NCBI GenBank assembly: GCA_000708835.1
Contig: DF237050.1
Span: 57,919-121,918 of the forward strand
Source: Klebsormidium nitens
Taxonomy: Eukaryota; Plantae; Klebsormidiophyceae
Direction: 5' to 3'
DNA: 64,000 nucleotides
In this document: positions 10,133-22,536 of the stretch, one piece after another
How the letters are laid out: every line of letters starts with the position of its first letter
Numbering within the stretch: position 1 is the stretch's first letter
Position numbers and translations under genes: made by a program
The notes under the pieces: model-generated
Told to the model about the DNA's origin: nothing
The model's database searches: none
Seen by the model: only the letters and a program-made list of their open reading frames with translations

Positions 10133-13123
10133 TCAGCCCGTGGGTTTCTTTCTGGCTGCAGATAGCTTCTTATCTCGTTCTACCTCGTACTCTCGCAACT
10201 CCGCTCGTTGCAAGAATGCAACTTTGTCGAGGTACTTGTCGTTGCTCTTTTTGTACTCTTCTAGTTGGTCGGTTACCCCTTGCTCGTCCTTGTACTCGCC
10301 CCAGTCCTTGCGGCTCTTGTCGAGAACGTTCATCTTCTTCTGCACTCAGAGAAAAAGGACGCAGTCAAAAGGTGCGAGGATAACGAGCAGGCACTTACAC
10401 GCTCCAACCGGAGAATGACAAGCGAGGAAAAGAACCATAAAATGAACAAGCCGGTTGCAGTGACACACAATTGCTGTCTCTTGATCACGTCTGTGTTCGA
10501 AGGACACCAGCGTCATTCGTTTATTTTTGCGCTTCAACCACCTCGGTTCGAACAAAGTTGCTCCGTTTACCAGCGTGATTAGCTGATTTAGCAGCGAATA
10601 CAAATTGCACAAGGGAATGCGATGACCAGGAGGACATTTTTACCAAGTATATTGTTGAGACTGGCACTGCACCTGAGCGTGGTCTAACCCTTCAGAAGTG
10701 GGACTAGTCCAGAGATGCCCCTTACCTTTTTCTCTATTTGTTGTATGAGCGCATCTAAGCCGCTCACTGCTTTTTCCCTGCAAACAAGAAACCGCAAACA
10801 ATTCTTAGCAGTGAACGCCCGTCTAAACATTGAAAGTTAAGCACGAACCCTGTCGTGGATGATGAACAATGCGCGAGCGAGATCCCTCCAGCAAAAGAGA
10901 CAAACGCGAGGACAAGGCACGTAAGAAGGAGGATGGTCTCAAGCGCTGCTGCTTATCAACACCCGGCGGCAGTTTACACAATCAGCGAGACTACTTTACA
11001 ATCTACCCGCAAACTCTAATGACCATTTGGCCTGTTACGAAAAGTCGCCCGAAGCTCTCTAGGCTGCACAACTTACTTCCGTTTGGCAGCTGCGTTTGGG
11101 TCTACAGTCCGAGTTACTCTGCAAAGGGTATAGACAATCTTTCTGAGCAACTTCGTTAGGAAAATCTGCCATGACATCCATTTACATTGTGATCTCAAGG
11201 GTGTCAACAGAAAAACAATTGGACAGTCGGAGTTCATACTTCTAGGACATTCAAGACGGCAAGAATGAAACCCATTCCTACAGAGTATGGGAACTAGGAC
11301 CCATTCAAGAGCAGTTATGCTCTTAACGACTTAGAAGCAGGCTTGTCGATGGAGCTCAGAAACGCTTTGAACGTGATAGATTCTGTCTCTCTCTCTGTCT
11401 CTCTCTCTTGCAACGTGCTGTCAGCTTTTCCACACCATTGAAAAGAGGAACCCGACTCATGGAAAAAGCATGAAGACTCACTCTACTTTTTCTCCTGCAA
11501 AGTCACGCACTTCCGTTACTTGTGGACGGCCCTCGAGGTCTGTCCCCACCTGAGCCGCTCGGGCAGCCGCAATCGCTGCCGCAGCGATGGCCCGCGCCTC
11601 TTCCCGGGCTCTCAAATCTTCACCATCCTGTCAAAACGGTAAGATTGCATGAGGGGCACAGTCTGGCAAGTGCTGAATTTCTGCGCAGTCTCTGCCGCGT
11701 GCAACTGAGCACTTCCGCTTGAGGACGTTTATTCTGCATATAGCAAATCTTGGTTACGTATATAAGCTTGTTATGCATCCCCTCAAACGAATCCAACCAT
11801 TAAGCCTGGAAGTCACACCTCAGGGACAAACAGGCCAGCTCTGCCGTTTGCCCGACATCTCCAAACAAGCGCCAAAATTAATCATGAGCGTTATCTTTTT
11901 TCACAAATGGAGGCAGAAGAAAACGAGACCCTGTCGACTTGGTGACGGCAGATCACCATATACTGCAACATTTCGTGCATACGACTCATGCTGGCTGACA
12001 TCAGTGACCCCCTGGTCCTCCTTAGCATCATGCACTTAAAAAGGTCGAACCTCCGGAAGTACTCAACCTAAACTTCACAAGCAGCCCGAAGCCAGTTGCC
12101 AATAATTGTCACAAAGGAGATGAGTTGCTGATGGAATGTCTAGCCTAAGACGTAACGCAGGAAAAGCTAGCACGCTGTTCAGAAATCTTCATGACATGGG
12201 CTTTGCGCGCTATATCACGGAACAATGGACACTGGGGGTCAATGAGCACCGAGAACAAGGACCCTGTGGGTTTTCATACTTGCTAAGCATACACAACAAC
12301 AACCCAAAACCTTCAACAAGCAGACATCTAGACAGCTGCTGTTCTGGCAATCTGGATTTGACGACTTCTGTGAAAAGACTTGATTGGCCTGATCGCTTGA
12401 CATTCTTTCTGACTGACGAACGCCCAAAAGGTTCCTCAAACCGAGGTTGGTTTTTCAAGCATAGAGTGAGATGCCACTTATTATGTTTTGCAAGGCCCAG
12501 TGCGCAAGGTCACGCCATGAGTAGGAGATATCATTACTTGATATCAAAAACTATAAAACACGAGCGAAGACTTCTCAAACTCTGCCCTGAAATTCATAGG
12601 TGCTCAGCAAGAGGTTTTGTAAACACCCAATCATATCCCCAGCTCGTCAATCCCCAACTTGTCAGCTCACCTTAGATTCAGCCTTCTCTTCTTGGCCCCC
12701 AGTGACCTGCCCTGCGGCCCCATCTGCAACCCTCGTAGCCAGCCCTGTTCTTCCATTCTTTGCACCTGGTTTTGCTAACCCTAAACTGATCATCCACTCT
12801 GGGATGCTCTTGGCGCCACCTTGCTGCTCCTTCTTAACCACCCCCGGTAACCCATTTGACGTGCTCTTGACCACTGCCTTTGGAGCATTCAACAGCGCCC
12901 ACGCCGCTTCTACTTTTGCTTTTTTGGACCGCTCTTTCAACTCCGCCAGGGGGTCTGCTTCTCCTGCATTTTGGCCCCCGTTTCGTCCCCCTGGTGCACC
13001 AGGGAGCTCTGCTTGCTCGACCACAGACTCCTTCGATTTCCTCTTCTGACCCTTCTTTCGGCTGCCAGCTTCTGGGTCATAGTCTTCGTCCTCCTCTGAT
13101 AGATACTCATCATCCGCCTCCAT
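10133..13123 (-). CDS. SWC5: SWR1-complex subunit SWC5 / CFDP1 (BCNT-C domain protein)
   Basis: Exons 13123-12671, 11627-11482, 11118-11077, 10777-10726 and 10339-10133 join in frame. Acidic N-terminus (DDEYLSEEDEDYDPE), VTEVRDFAGEKVEVTRTV, SGLDALIQQIEKKKKMNVLDKSRKDW, YLDKVAFLQRAELREYE. Confidence 0.9.
11386..11409. repeat. Imperfect (CT)n microsatellite in a SWC5 intron
   Basis: tctctctctctgtctctctctctt. Confidence 0.7.
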
Positions 13124-14014
13124 TGCGCGAGCTGAGCAAAGAGCAGAGCGCTCGTCCCCGCTCAAATCTAAGGGACACCTGTATGTGAGATAAACAGAAT
13201 GGACAAGGAGGGAACAGGGCGGAGCGTGAAACTACTGCACCTGAAGGCTGATGCACAAAAGAGAGAAATTGAAGTGGAGGTGAGAGGAGCTAGAGGAATT
13301 TCAATGCGAGCTTTCAACCTTGGAGCTATCTAGAGAAGCCTTGGATTTCGCAGACGAACGCGATCGGGAGCAGAGGCTGCATGTCATTGTGAGCCCTTTC
13401 TCCAACGGTGACAGAAATTGGGCCGTGCAACAGGCACAAGTTTAGAACTCGGCGTTTGCTTCTTCCGAAGCTGGCCTTGGGCTGCTCGCGCTCACCAGCT
13501 GTATTGAGGGGCTGCCGGCGGAACAGGCAATGGTTGGTCCTTGGATCGGCTAGTGATACTGCACTGTGCAGCCTCAGGGCTAGGTCACTCCCTCCATGAT
13601 CCATTATCCATCCCAGGCTCGGGGCCGGGCCCGGCTTTCAATATGGGCGTCACGTTGCGTTCACGTGGCCGTTTGGGGGAAGGCATGCCGCCTGTTTGCC
13701 GATGCTAGACATCGCAGCGCTCCAATCACCAATGATGTTTTTAGAGAGCTGGCAGTCCGACACCCCTCATGGTTGCTTCAAGAGTTGTCCGCAGGACCAG
13801 TGCCCTTCACAATGACTTCCTAGCTCACTTTCCCAGCGTTCCAGGGTTGAGTACGTGACGTCTTGCAAGGTCCGCTTGCAAAGGCCCTACATTCGACCTC
13901 TGTGCGCAGCTGATTGCTCTCCGCGCCGTCAATCTTTCTTTCCTCTCCACCATCTTCCCGTGGCAGGCTTGAATGCAGACTAGCTGACCTCCAATCTTGG
14001 GTCTTCCAGTGAAA

Positions 14015-17000
14015 ATGCCGCCATCCGACGGGCCCCCGCTCGTTCCCTCCCTCAATCTACACAGCTCTAGTCTCAGAAAGTCCAGCCTGTCTAGTGGCAG
14101 CAGCAGCGAGCGCCGGCGCACGTCGACCTTCCGCGTACGCTACTCTGAGGACAACTCCAATGCTATTCCCCCAGCTAGTTCTAGCTCCGAAGATGGCGAC
14201 TCTCCACCCCAATCCGCCAGGAGACAATCCCTGTCCTTGGGCCAGCTCCGCTCGTCAGCTGAGGGCGTTTTGCTCAACTCAAATGCTGGTAGCAGGCTCA
14301 ATAGCTCGGAGGCTCCCCATTCACTCCGCTCGAGCCTTGAAGCGTCAAGGCAGGCGCTGCGAGACTCGGCGCAGTCTGCGGGTAATGAGACGGCTCCAGA
14401 GCGGTTAGCGAGGATTACGCAAGAAAGTAGCCGGCACAGCACGCCGCTTGCGGGCCCTAATGAGGTCAAAGAAGAGAAGAAAGTTGAAGCAGAGGGGGAG
14501 AGCTCGGACTCAGACTTGATTGAAGAGCGGCGAAACTCACAGTAAGCAAGGCAGAATGTGGTCGAAATCTGGACAAGGGCGGTGGTACAGGTGGTGTTAT
14601 AGGAGAGTGGCAAATCTGCTCTTTGCATCCGCATGGCAATGCCGCCAAGATATGCGAATTCAGCAATAAAGACAAGGAAAGAAGATCTAAGGGGGAAGAT
14701 TTTGGAGGGAGATTTAAAGGGGTTTCTGCCAGGTGCGAAAACCTTGTGCTATATAACACAAGGCTTGATTGCCTGGGGAATTGGGCTGCGGTGCAAAAAT
14801 GATCCATGCTTGTACTGTATGCGGAGGGCAAACTTCAGTCCCTGGTCCTTGAACCTGGGGAGTCAACTTTACAACCACCCTGTTCAACAAACTGGCCATC
14901 TATATACCACGCCCCCCGAGCAAGCGACGTTATTTTCGTATTAAGACATTGGCGGCGCGCCCAGTAGGAACTTGATGGACAGCTTTCAGAAGGTTGCACA
15001 AATCTGGAAACACGTTAGGAGCTCTGTCTCTGGGCAAATGAGATTTCGTGACTGTCGTTTTTCAACACACACCGTTCTCACAGCCTGCGTTTCGGTGCTG
15101 AGCTCTTCACAAATCGAGATGGGCAGACTAGACATTGTCCAACTTCCTGAACGGGATCTGCAGGTATTTTGCAACGGTGGCCAAAGTCGCTTTCAACTCG
15201 GAGGAACACAACATCCCCAGCCTAGGCATCGGGCCATCTGTCGACTTCTTCAAACTGATGGTAAGACCATTCTCAAGTCATGTATCAGCTCAGCAAGCTC
15301 TTGAGCCATATTCAGCCCCGTGGGTGGTAGTTTTGCCCGAACGCATCGGCATCGATGGCCGTGCAGTGCAATCCCTTTTTTGTTTGCTGATGCACGTCGA
15401 CTGCATCTGCTGAGAACGTGGGACACGGTGTGACCTGAAGCGTTTTCTGTCAGGCCCCCAGCCCTGATGCAAAATGGAAAGCTCACCCAGACGCGGCCAC
15501 TGGCCGGGGGGAGGACCCCAACGTGGGCCGGCTGCAGCTGCTCATACCCCCCACCGTAATCTACAGTGCTTACGAGGTGGGTGCTTTTAGGGTATTGCTT
15601 GCGCCCAGGAAATGTGGAACAGATGCAAAGAGCTTGGCATGGGAGTCACGGTTTGTGGGGGTTGGGTAGTCAACTCTATGACGGGCAAGGAGGGTTTCAG
15701 CAAGGATATAAGTGGCAGTTTCCGCCCACGGGTTGACACGTGGTGGATAGAGCAAAGCCGTTGCTTCGTCCGTTCCAGAGGCTAAATTTGAGAATGATGA
15801 GATATTGTGTACTGATTAAGCTTCGTGTGTCAGTCCATGTTCTCTTTTTCGTACGAACCCAAACCACAGTCCCATCACAACTTCCCTCCTTTCGGATCTC
15901 CCTTCGAGAAGCTATCAGTGAGTGTCAGAATGTTTAACCAGTCTCCCTGCCCTCAAAGAGTTCTCGCACACTACAGGTGATGGGCTTCTTTACATCAGAA
16001 GACGGATATGTCACCCGAAAAGACGACCTCCACCGGTCCGATATCTTCCAAATGCTTCTACCTAGGTAAATCTCCTTCGCATCAATCCTTCTGCTTTTCT
16101 AAATATCAATCGCCAAGCCGCACAAGCTCTTAAATGAGGAGCGTCAGGAGTGCAGGTGACTGGCCCGTAAGTAGGAACGACTTTTCCTCAGAGTATCTTA
16201 CTAGTTGCTCCGTCGAACTCTCGTCAAGATCGAGCATAACTATTATCGTATCTAATGATCATGAGAATTGACGAAAGACCCATTCACCTGACCCAGTTTG
16301 TGAGAATCCAACTCTGCAAAGCAAGCACAGGCTTCGCGATGTGACTTATCGGTGTTTCCTCGGATGGAATGCACAGACAACATTCTCTACGTTTTGCAGC
16401 TACTCGGAAGGGCGCGCGACCCCTGTATCACTCACCGCCGTGAACCTTCCCGTGGCGGTACAGAAATCGAGAAAGGTGAGCGACCTTCGGATGCAACCGG
16501 GTTGCGAATTTGGAGAGACGGGCGACTCGAACGTGCTGCGACTTGCTGCTTCGAGTCCGCCACTCCCAAGCCTCCCTTCTTTTCTTCATCCCTGTTTGCA
16601 CCGAGCAAAACCATTGTCAGCAGAGCCTCGGACGCTTATATATTACATACGATTCAGAGACCACCAAGCCGGCTGGTAAGCTGACGTCAAATATGACACG
16701 CGGCACCCGCAGGGGCGGTGGCGGACGGAGGCGCAGCTGGTGCTGATGAACGAGCTGAACGCGTACCTGGACAGCAGCAAGCTCAGCGGCAACTGCGCGC
16801 TGCAGCAGTACGTCAAGTGCGCGGGGCCCAAGGTCAGCGCGCGCGCGCTCTTTCAGTCTACCCATGCTGCACTCGATGGGGGGATGTGCGGGGCCCAAGG
16901 GCGGTACACCGCGCGCTCCGAGATGTTGCGCTTCAGCGTGCTTTACACGGTGGATGCAAGGCCGGGTCAGGTCCTATTCAAGGTCGCTCTGGACTTGGAA

Positions 17001-20000
17001 CGTTTAAGACCGTGTTCGTCTTGTAGCGAATTTGAGGGCACTCACATCAAACATCATTGTGTTGTTTCTGACGATTTCAAGGTTGACCTTGTATTTGATT
17101 TGAGAGCCGCTTTCGATGTGAAAGTGTGCCTCGCGCGCTGCGTCGATGAAATCGAAGATTAGGACGTGGGCAGTCTTGGTTGTCGGGAGAAAGGAATGTC
17201 TAGGTTGCTTCAAATGGACTTCGCTTGAGACAGGGTTCGAGATGTAAACGCGTCTGAGAAAGGCGTTTCTGGACAAGTTGGTAATAGATGCGGATGAGCG
17301 ACTGAAGGAAAGTTACTGTGCTTGGAGACGTGCGCATAGGTTCGCCCAACGTGAACATTCATTAAGTCGTGAAGTACATGATCCACTGGAGGACGAGAAG
17401 TGTCTTTGTGTTTCCTTCGAGTGCGCGAGCAGAGGGACGGTGGTCCTACCAAAGAACCGTAAGTGCACCTTCTTGGTACACCATTTCGACGTATCCTCTT
17501 AACAACTTGATTGAGCTGATCAAAGCACCTCCAACCGCAAGCATTATGCGTCCCTCCGCCGGACCTTTCTCCCCGCAGGTCTCGCATCAAGAAACGTATG
17601 CGGCGCCAGTCACATTCGACTAACAACCCAATGCCCCTCCGATTTGGTCTCACACATTTTGAAGTTCCAGAGGGTCAGCTTAGAAAGTAGACAATCTCCC
17701 CGAAGCTGATTTCTCCCCTCCAGGTGTCTCTCGTGCGGTGCGTCTGGCGGTCCGGCGGGCTGCGCCCCTCGCAGGTGTTCATCATCGGGAGCCGGCGGCG
17801 CAAGGGCACGCGGCCGCCCAACGACCTTCCCACGCGCGCGCAGTCCGCGGGCATGGACCTGGACGTCGTTGTCAAAGCGCTCCGCCACGCGGTCATTGTC
17901 CAGGGGTATCTTAACACCGTCGAGGTGCGCGTCAGGCCTTGCCTTTCTGTAAGAATCGAGTGTTAAGTCTGGGGCGGGTTTTGATTCTGGAGCACAGTGG
18001 CGGCGGTTTGCATCGAGAAAGGTGGGTCGCGACTAGTATTCTTCCCTCTCTGTGCTTGTAATTCCCAGAGATTGTTACTGATGAGCCACTACAGTGCACA
18101 CTGCACATCAGTGCAGCTTCTCATCTCCCTTCAAGCCACTCCGATTCTGACTCCAACCTGAGCACCCAAATAACGGTTGCCATTGATCAGAAAGGTGCAG
18201 ATCGTGTTATCCCTGTCGACTCGCGCAGTTTCCGCGCGCGTGCACTGTGCAGCCGGTGTCGGGCCACGGGTGGGCGGAGCCGCTGGCCCTGACCGCGCGG
18301 ATCGCGCGCCACGTGGAGCGCGCGCGCAAGCTGCCCGGGCGCTTCCAGGAGCTGGTCGCCGACTTCATCCACGGGGAGGACGGCCGCTGGTGGTTCCTGC
18401 AGGTGAGCGCCCGGGGAGACTTAAAAAGTGACCGGGACGAGGAAAGCAGGAAAAGATGGGACTGGGCTCCCATTTGAGCTGTCATGAATTTTTCGGCGTC
18501 GCTTCTGCTTGCGGTGATTTTAAGGTGTCCGTTGAGAAGTTGCGAGCGAGGATTAAACGCTGCTCATATATCTATATAAGCTACAGCCGACATTGCCAAG
18601 CGGAAACCAACGGGGCAAGAATGGGGCGCGAGGTCCCTTTGGATTTCAAGAAGTTTCAATCCTGAAAACGCACCTGCTCTGCCCGTCAGGTGAAAGCCTT
18701 CAAGATCGCACCCTTCGAGGCCACCGTCTTGAAGCCGCTGCGCGCGCAAACGGAACGGCGCGCGCAGGAATGCCGAGGGGACTACTGCCGGACGCTGGGC
18801 ATGGACGACAGCATCGATGCGATGAACGAGGTAAGCGGACGGTCCAAATGACTTAATATATATGATTTCGTGCGAGCCCTCCTTCTGGAAGCGGGTTCTT
18901 TTGGCACTTCCTAGTTGGCGACGATCGGGTGCTTCAAAGTGCCACATTTGGACCGTTCCCGTGTAAGTTCCTAAGAGTTCGATTAAAAGACATACGTGGT
19001 CTTCACAGCGGCCGTAGACAAAGAGGCTGTGCCTTGAACGGCTTCAGGTTCCCAATTGTTCTTGAGGGTATGCTGCCTCTTCTCCGGATTTTGAAACCCA
19101 AAGCTTCACCACAATTCCTTTTGCAAAGCTCGTGGATCCGCAAGACCATGCTTGGGCTCGACGTCCCGTTCAATCACACATTGTGGATTTTAAAATTCCT
19201 GACCTTTCGCTCTTACCTTTGATCGACTGATGGGACTTCTGTTCGTTTCCCCTTTTGGAAAAGCCGACTCGTTCCTCAAATCTTCAGAGCGCCCGCTCAC
19301 CGTTCAGAAAACGTGCAGGACGGGCGTGGCGCCGACCGGCGGCGGCCAAAGGGTTTCGACAGTCTCTCCCGAGAGGAGAAGCGCAAGTACTATCTGGACC
19401 AACTGAACGCCGCCAACCGGGACCGGCCAGTCTCCGGCAGGCCCGGGGCAAGGGACCGGGCGGGCCCGGGGAAGGTCTCCCGGGCACTGAGGATGATTCT
19501 GCACAAGAGCATTATTCTGGATCGGACGGAGATGCAAAAGGAGGGCAACAAGTCAGGGTGAGGGCATTCTGCAAAAGCTGTGAATCACGAGTTCTATGCC
19601 GAGATGATGGAAGAAACTTAGGAGCCTCCAAATCGGCAGTGCGTTTGCAGATTTAAACGCCGAGGGCTGGTCAGTTTTGTCCGGCGCTTCGACCTTGGAC
19701 CTCCTTTAATCTTCATTCTACTGACCCTTGTCCGCCATGACCGACGCTTTGACACCTACTTTCGCTGCAGGCCGCATGAGGACAAGCAGGAGGACATGCC
19801 TTCCCCTAGTGGAGGAAGCACAGCGCGATCAAACAAGGTGGGGTTCAATCACGAGCTCATCATACTGTCCCCTTCAGAATCGTGCCTCCAATCCCTTGAT
19901 ATATAAGGACGTAGAGACAATCGAAAAAGAAGAAAGGTATTCGTGGCTCACGTGAGTGGCGCGTAGCGTTACGCGCTCTGGTGCTCTGGACCACCCACTT

Positions 20001-21247
20001 AAACCTCACTGGGCGACTTCACAAAGCTTAGCTGGGAACTATACTATCTTGGCCCGGCCGCTCAAGCCCTCTAGTCCCTAGCAACTCTGTACGAGCTCCC
20101 TTGAACGGCGGGCAGTCCGCGAGCAGCGTTTTCAACGCCTATTACGAACGGCTGAAAGCCTGTCTCAGGTACGTGAGGCTCTCAATGTCTGAAATTGTAC
20201 ACCAATCCCGCCCTTCGAAGTATTCATAAGTTCGACCTAATCGATAGGTGACCGCTGGCCCATCGTGCCCATCAACCGCTGTGCAGACGCCACGTCGCTT
20301 CTCCGACTTTCTGCGCGAGCTCGAGCAGCGGCGCGAGCAGGCCAAGGCGGAGCGGCAGGCGCTGTACAAAGGGAATGCAGAGGAGGACGACCTCGAGCCG
20401 GACCCGCTGCCGAAGCCCCAGCGAACGGTGAGACACGCAGTGAAGGTAGTCTTTTTGCTGGAGTAGAGAACCTTCATTGTCTCTATGGCCCACCATAGGG
20501 GTGATCTGGTGATCGGGTTTGACCACGCGCTTCGTGGGGCACACGCATCTGTTGAGGGTGGAGGCATCTATTGCTGTGTCCTTGCTCTGCTTGTAACTTG
20601 GAGGTTCGCCTTGTCAAAGTCGTTGACTCAATTCTGTTGCAACGCCCGTTTGAGGGCTGGCTTAGGAAGGCTGCTTCCGAGGTGGATCTGCGTCGGTGAG
20701 CTTCCACGAGCCGCCCCGGCTAACCTGTCCATATGATATCCCCCTGGCAGGTGCCCATTCTCCAACACGACAAGCTGCCAGCCTTCTACTACGAACTGGT
20801 GCGTCCCTGCTCTCTGGTTGCTCAAAGCTTGGACCCCAACTCTGCGATGACCTATCGCTGCTCCTTTCGAACAGCATGACACTTCTCGTTTCGAGTCTCT
20901 GTGCTTAGCCCACTGTGAAAACAAAGGTCTTGGAAGCTGTACGATACCAGTGATTGGTCGGGCCCGGAAACTAGATACAATCTGACGTAGTTCCTAGATA
21001 TTGTTCCCAATCTTTGAGCTGACCATGATTCGCGCAGTCCTCACCTGAGCGCTGTCTAAAATGCGTGACCCATCTGAACTTTCATTTTCCGCTCGCGCAG
21101 GTGCCTGTTTGCAGCGACTGCTTCCGCGTGTACCTGGCCAAGGACCACCAGCGGGCGCTCAAAGAAGACGCCGCGCGCCATGCGAGCCCTCTGAAAGACA
21201 AGAAACGCAAAGGAACACGCGACGCGCCCGACACCGCGCGATTCTAA
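14015..21247 (+). CDS. Large uncharacterised multi-exon protein: Ser-rich low-complexity N-terminus, possible divergent ATP-grasp-like core, Cys-pair C-terminus
   Basis: GC3-rich exons with GT/AG ends at about 14015-14541, 15491-15576, 15977-16065, 16400-16455, 16712-16832, 17724-17922, 18253-18402, 18690-18830, 19308-19558, 20288-20427 and 21101-21247. Some internal junctions are unresolved. Peptides: LLIPPTVIY, FFTSEDGYVTRK, CALQQYVKCAGPK, VSLVRCVWR, FQELVADFIHGEDGRWWFLQVKAF, CRGDYC, VCSDCFRVY. Confidence 0.75.
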
Positions 21248-22536
21248 CCGACTATGGATGGACTTCGCGTGCACAATTCTGTGTCAAACACCCTTTGCCT
21301 CGACCCCTTTTATGTTCAAAAGGGTCAAGCAACGAAGCAAGTCAGGTCAAAAGTTTGCTTTTCGGAAAACTGTGTCGCCCGAGCCTGGATACAAGCCAAT
21401 GGTTGGAGGAGTAACAAAAGGGGTTTGCTTAAGAGTGCAGGTGTCTCTTCGCTGCCTGTTGTTAGCGTAGTCGAACGTCAGCGTAAGCAAACGTCGCGAG
21501 GGTCCAAACGCCTATTCATGAAGTCTAAGAGTCTGATCCATCATCAGTACGATTGCTAGGTAGCTGAGTTCGTAGAATGCTATATTCAACGTTAAGCTCG
21601 TCAAAGTCACCTCTAGAAACCTATCGCAACCCATACAAATAAAGAACGGTTTTGTCATGGCTACTAGATCCAGATACTACAACGGGAAATGCTTCATATG
21701 ACCAGAACGATCGCTCTCAACGTCAATGCCGAATCTGCACTTGATCCATGGCCTGCCTGCGGCTTCATAATTCCCATGTCAAGGCACTGTCACACTGTTC
21801 CTCGCGAGATACAAGCCGTTTGATGATTGGAGCTGCGATAAGACCACCCCAACGTATCCAGCATTTAACAATACATGCTATACCATGACGTATATATAAG
21901 ACCAATGAGTTAAATCGGTGACGGGTGACCGCTTGAAACAGGCGCGCCATTCCTGAGATCTGCCCGACGGATTCCTTGATCGCGTGTCGGTCATGGCCCT
22001 TCGCCGATTGCACTGCGTGTTAGTTTTCCTGCTGTCCAACGATGTGCCGATGATCGATCCCTACTTGCTTTGCTTCCAAGCAGCCCAGGCATGATGAGCG
22101 AAGACACACTGACGGCGCGAACGGCCGGGTTGCTGCCGCTGGCCGTCGAGATCGCCCCGCTGCCGCGGCCGCATTTGCTGCCGCGGTCGCAGCCAGCGTT
22201 AACTGTGAAACTGTGCCGGCGCGCGCGCGTGCAGCGATCAGATTTCCGCTAGCGGCTGCAGTTCGGCGCCCACGAGTTAAAATCCAGTGAATCTCGAGGT
22301 ACCTTGGAAGGTGGAGGTTAGGGCGCACAAATGAAAGGAGGTTCGTCCCGCTGATCAACAGTCATTGAGCTTGAAGTGGAGCCTGATTGACGTAGCAATC
22401 CCTCTGCCTGGGTGCGCACAGATTATGGGTGTGGTTGATTGATTGCGCTTCGATGCATTCGGTGACATTTGTGGGACGTGGGCGTTTGCTTCTGAAGAGT
22501 TGCTTCCTCTCAAAACCGCGTGCCGCTTTTGAGGCC

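Noticed and set aside
22020-22358. GC-rich Ala-rich ORF upstream of radA
   Set aside because: Low complexity, no ATG-led model and no linked exons; more likely promoter-proximal GC-rich DNA.
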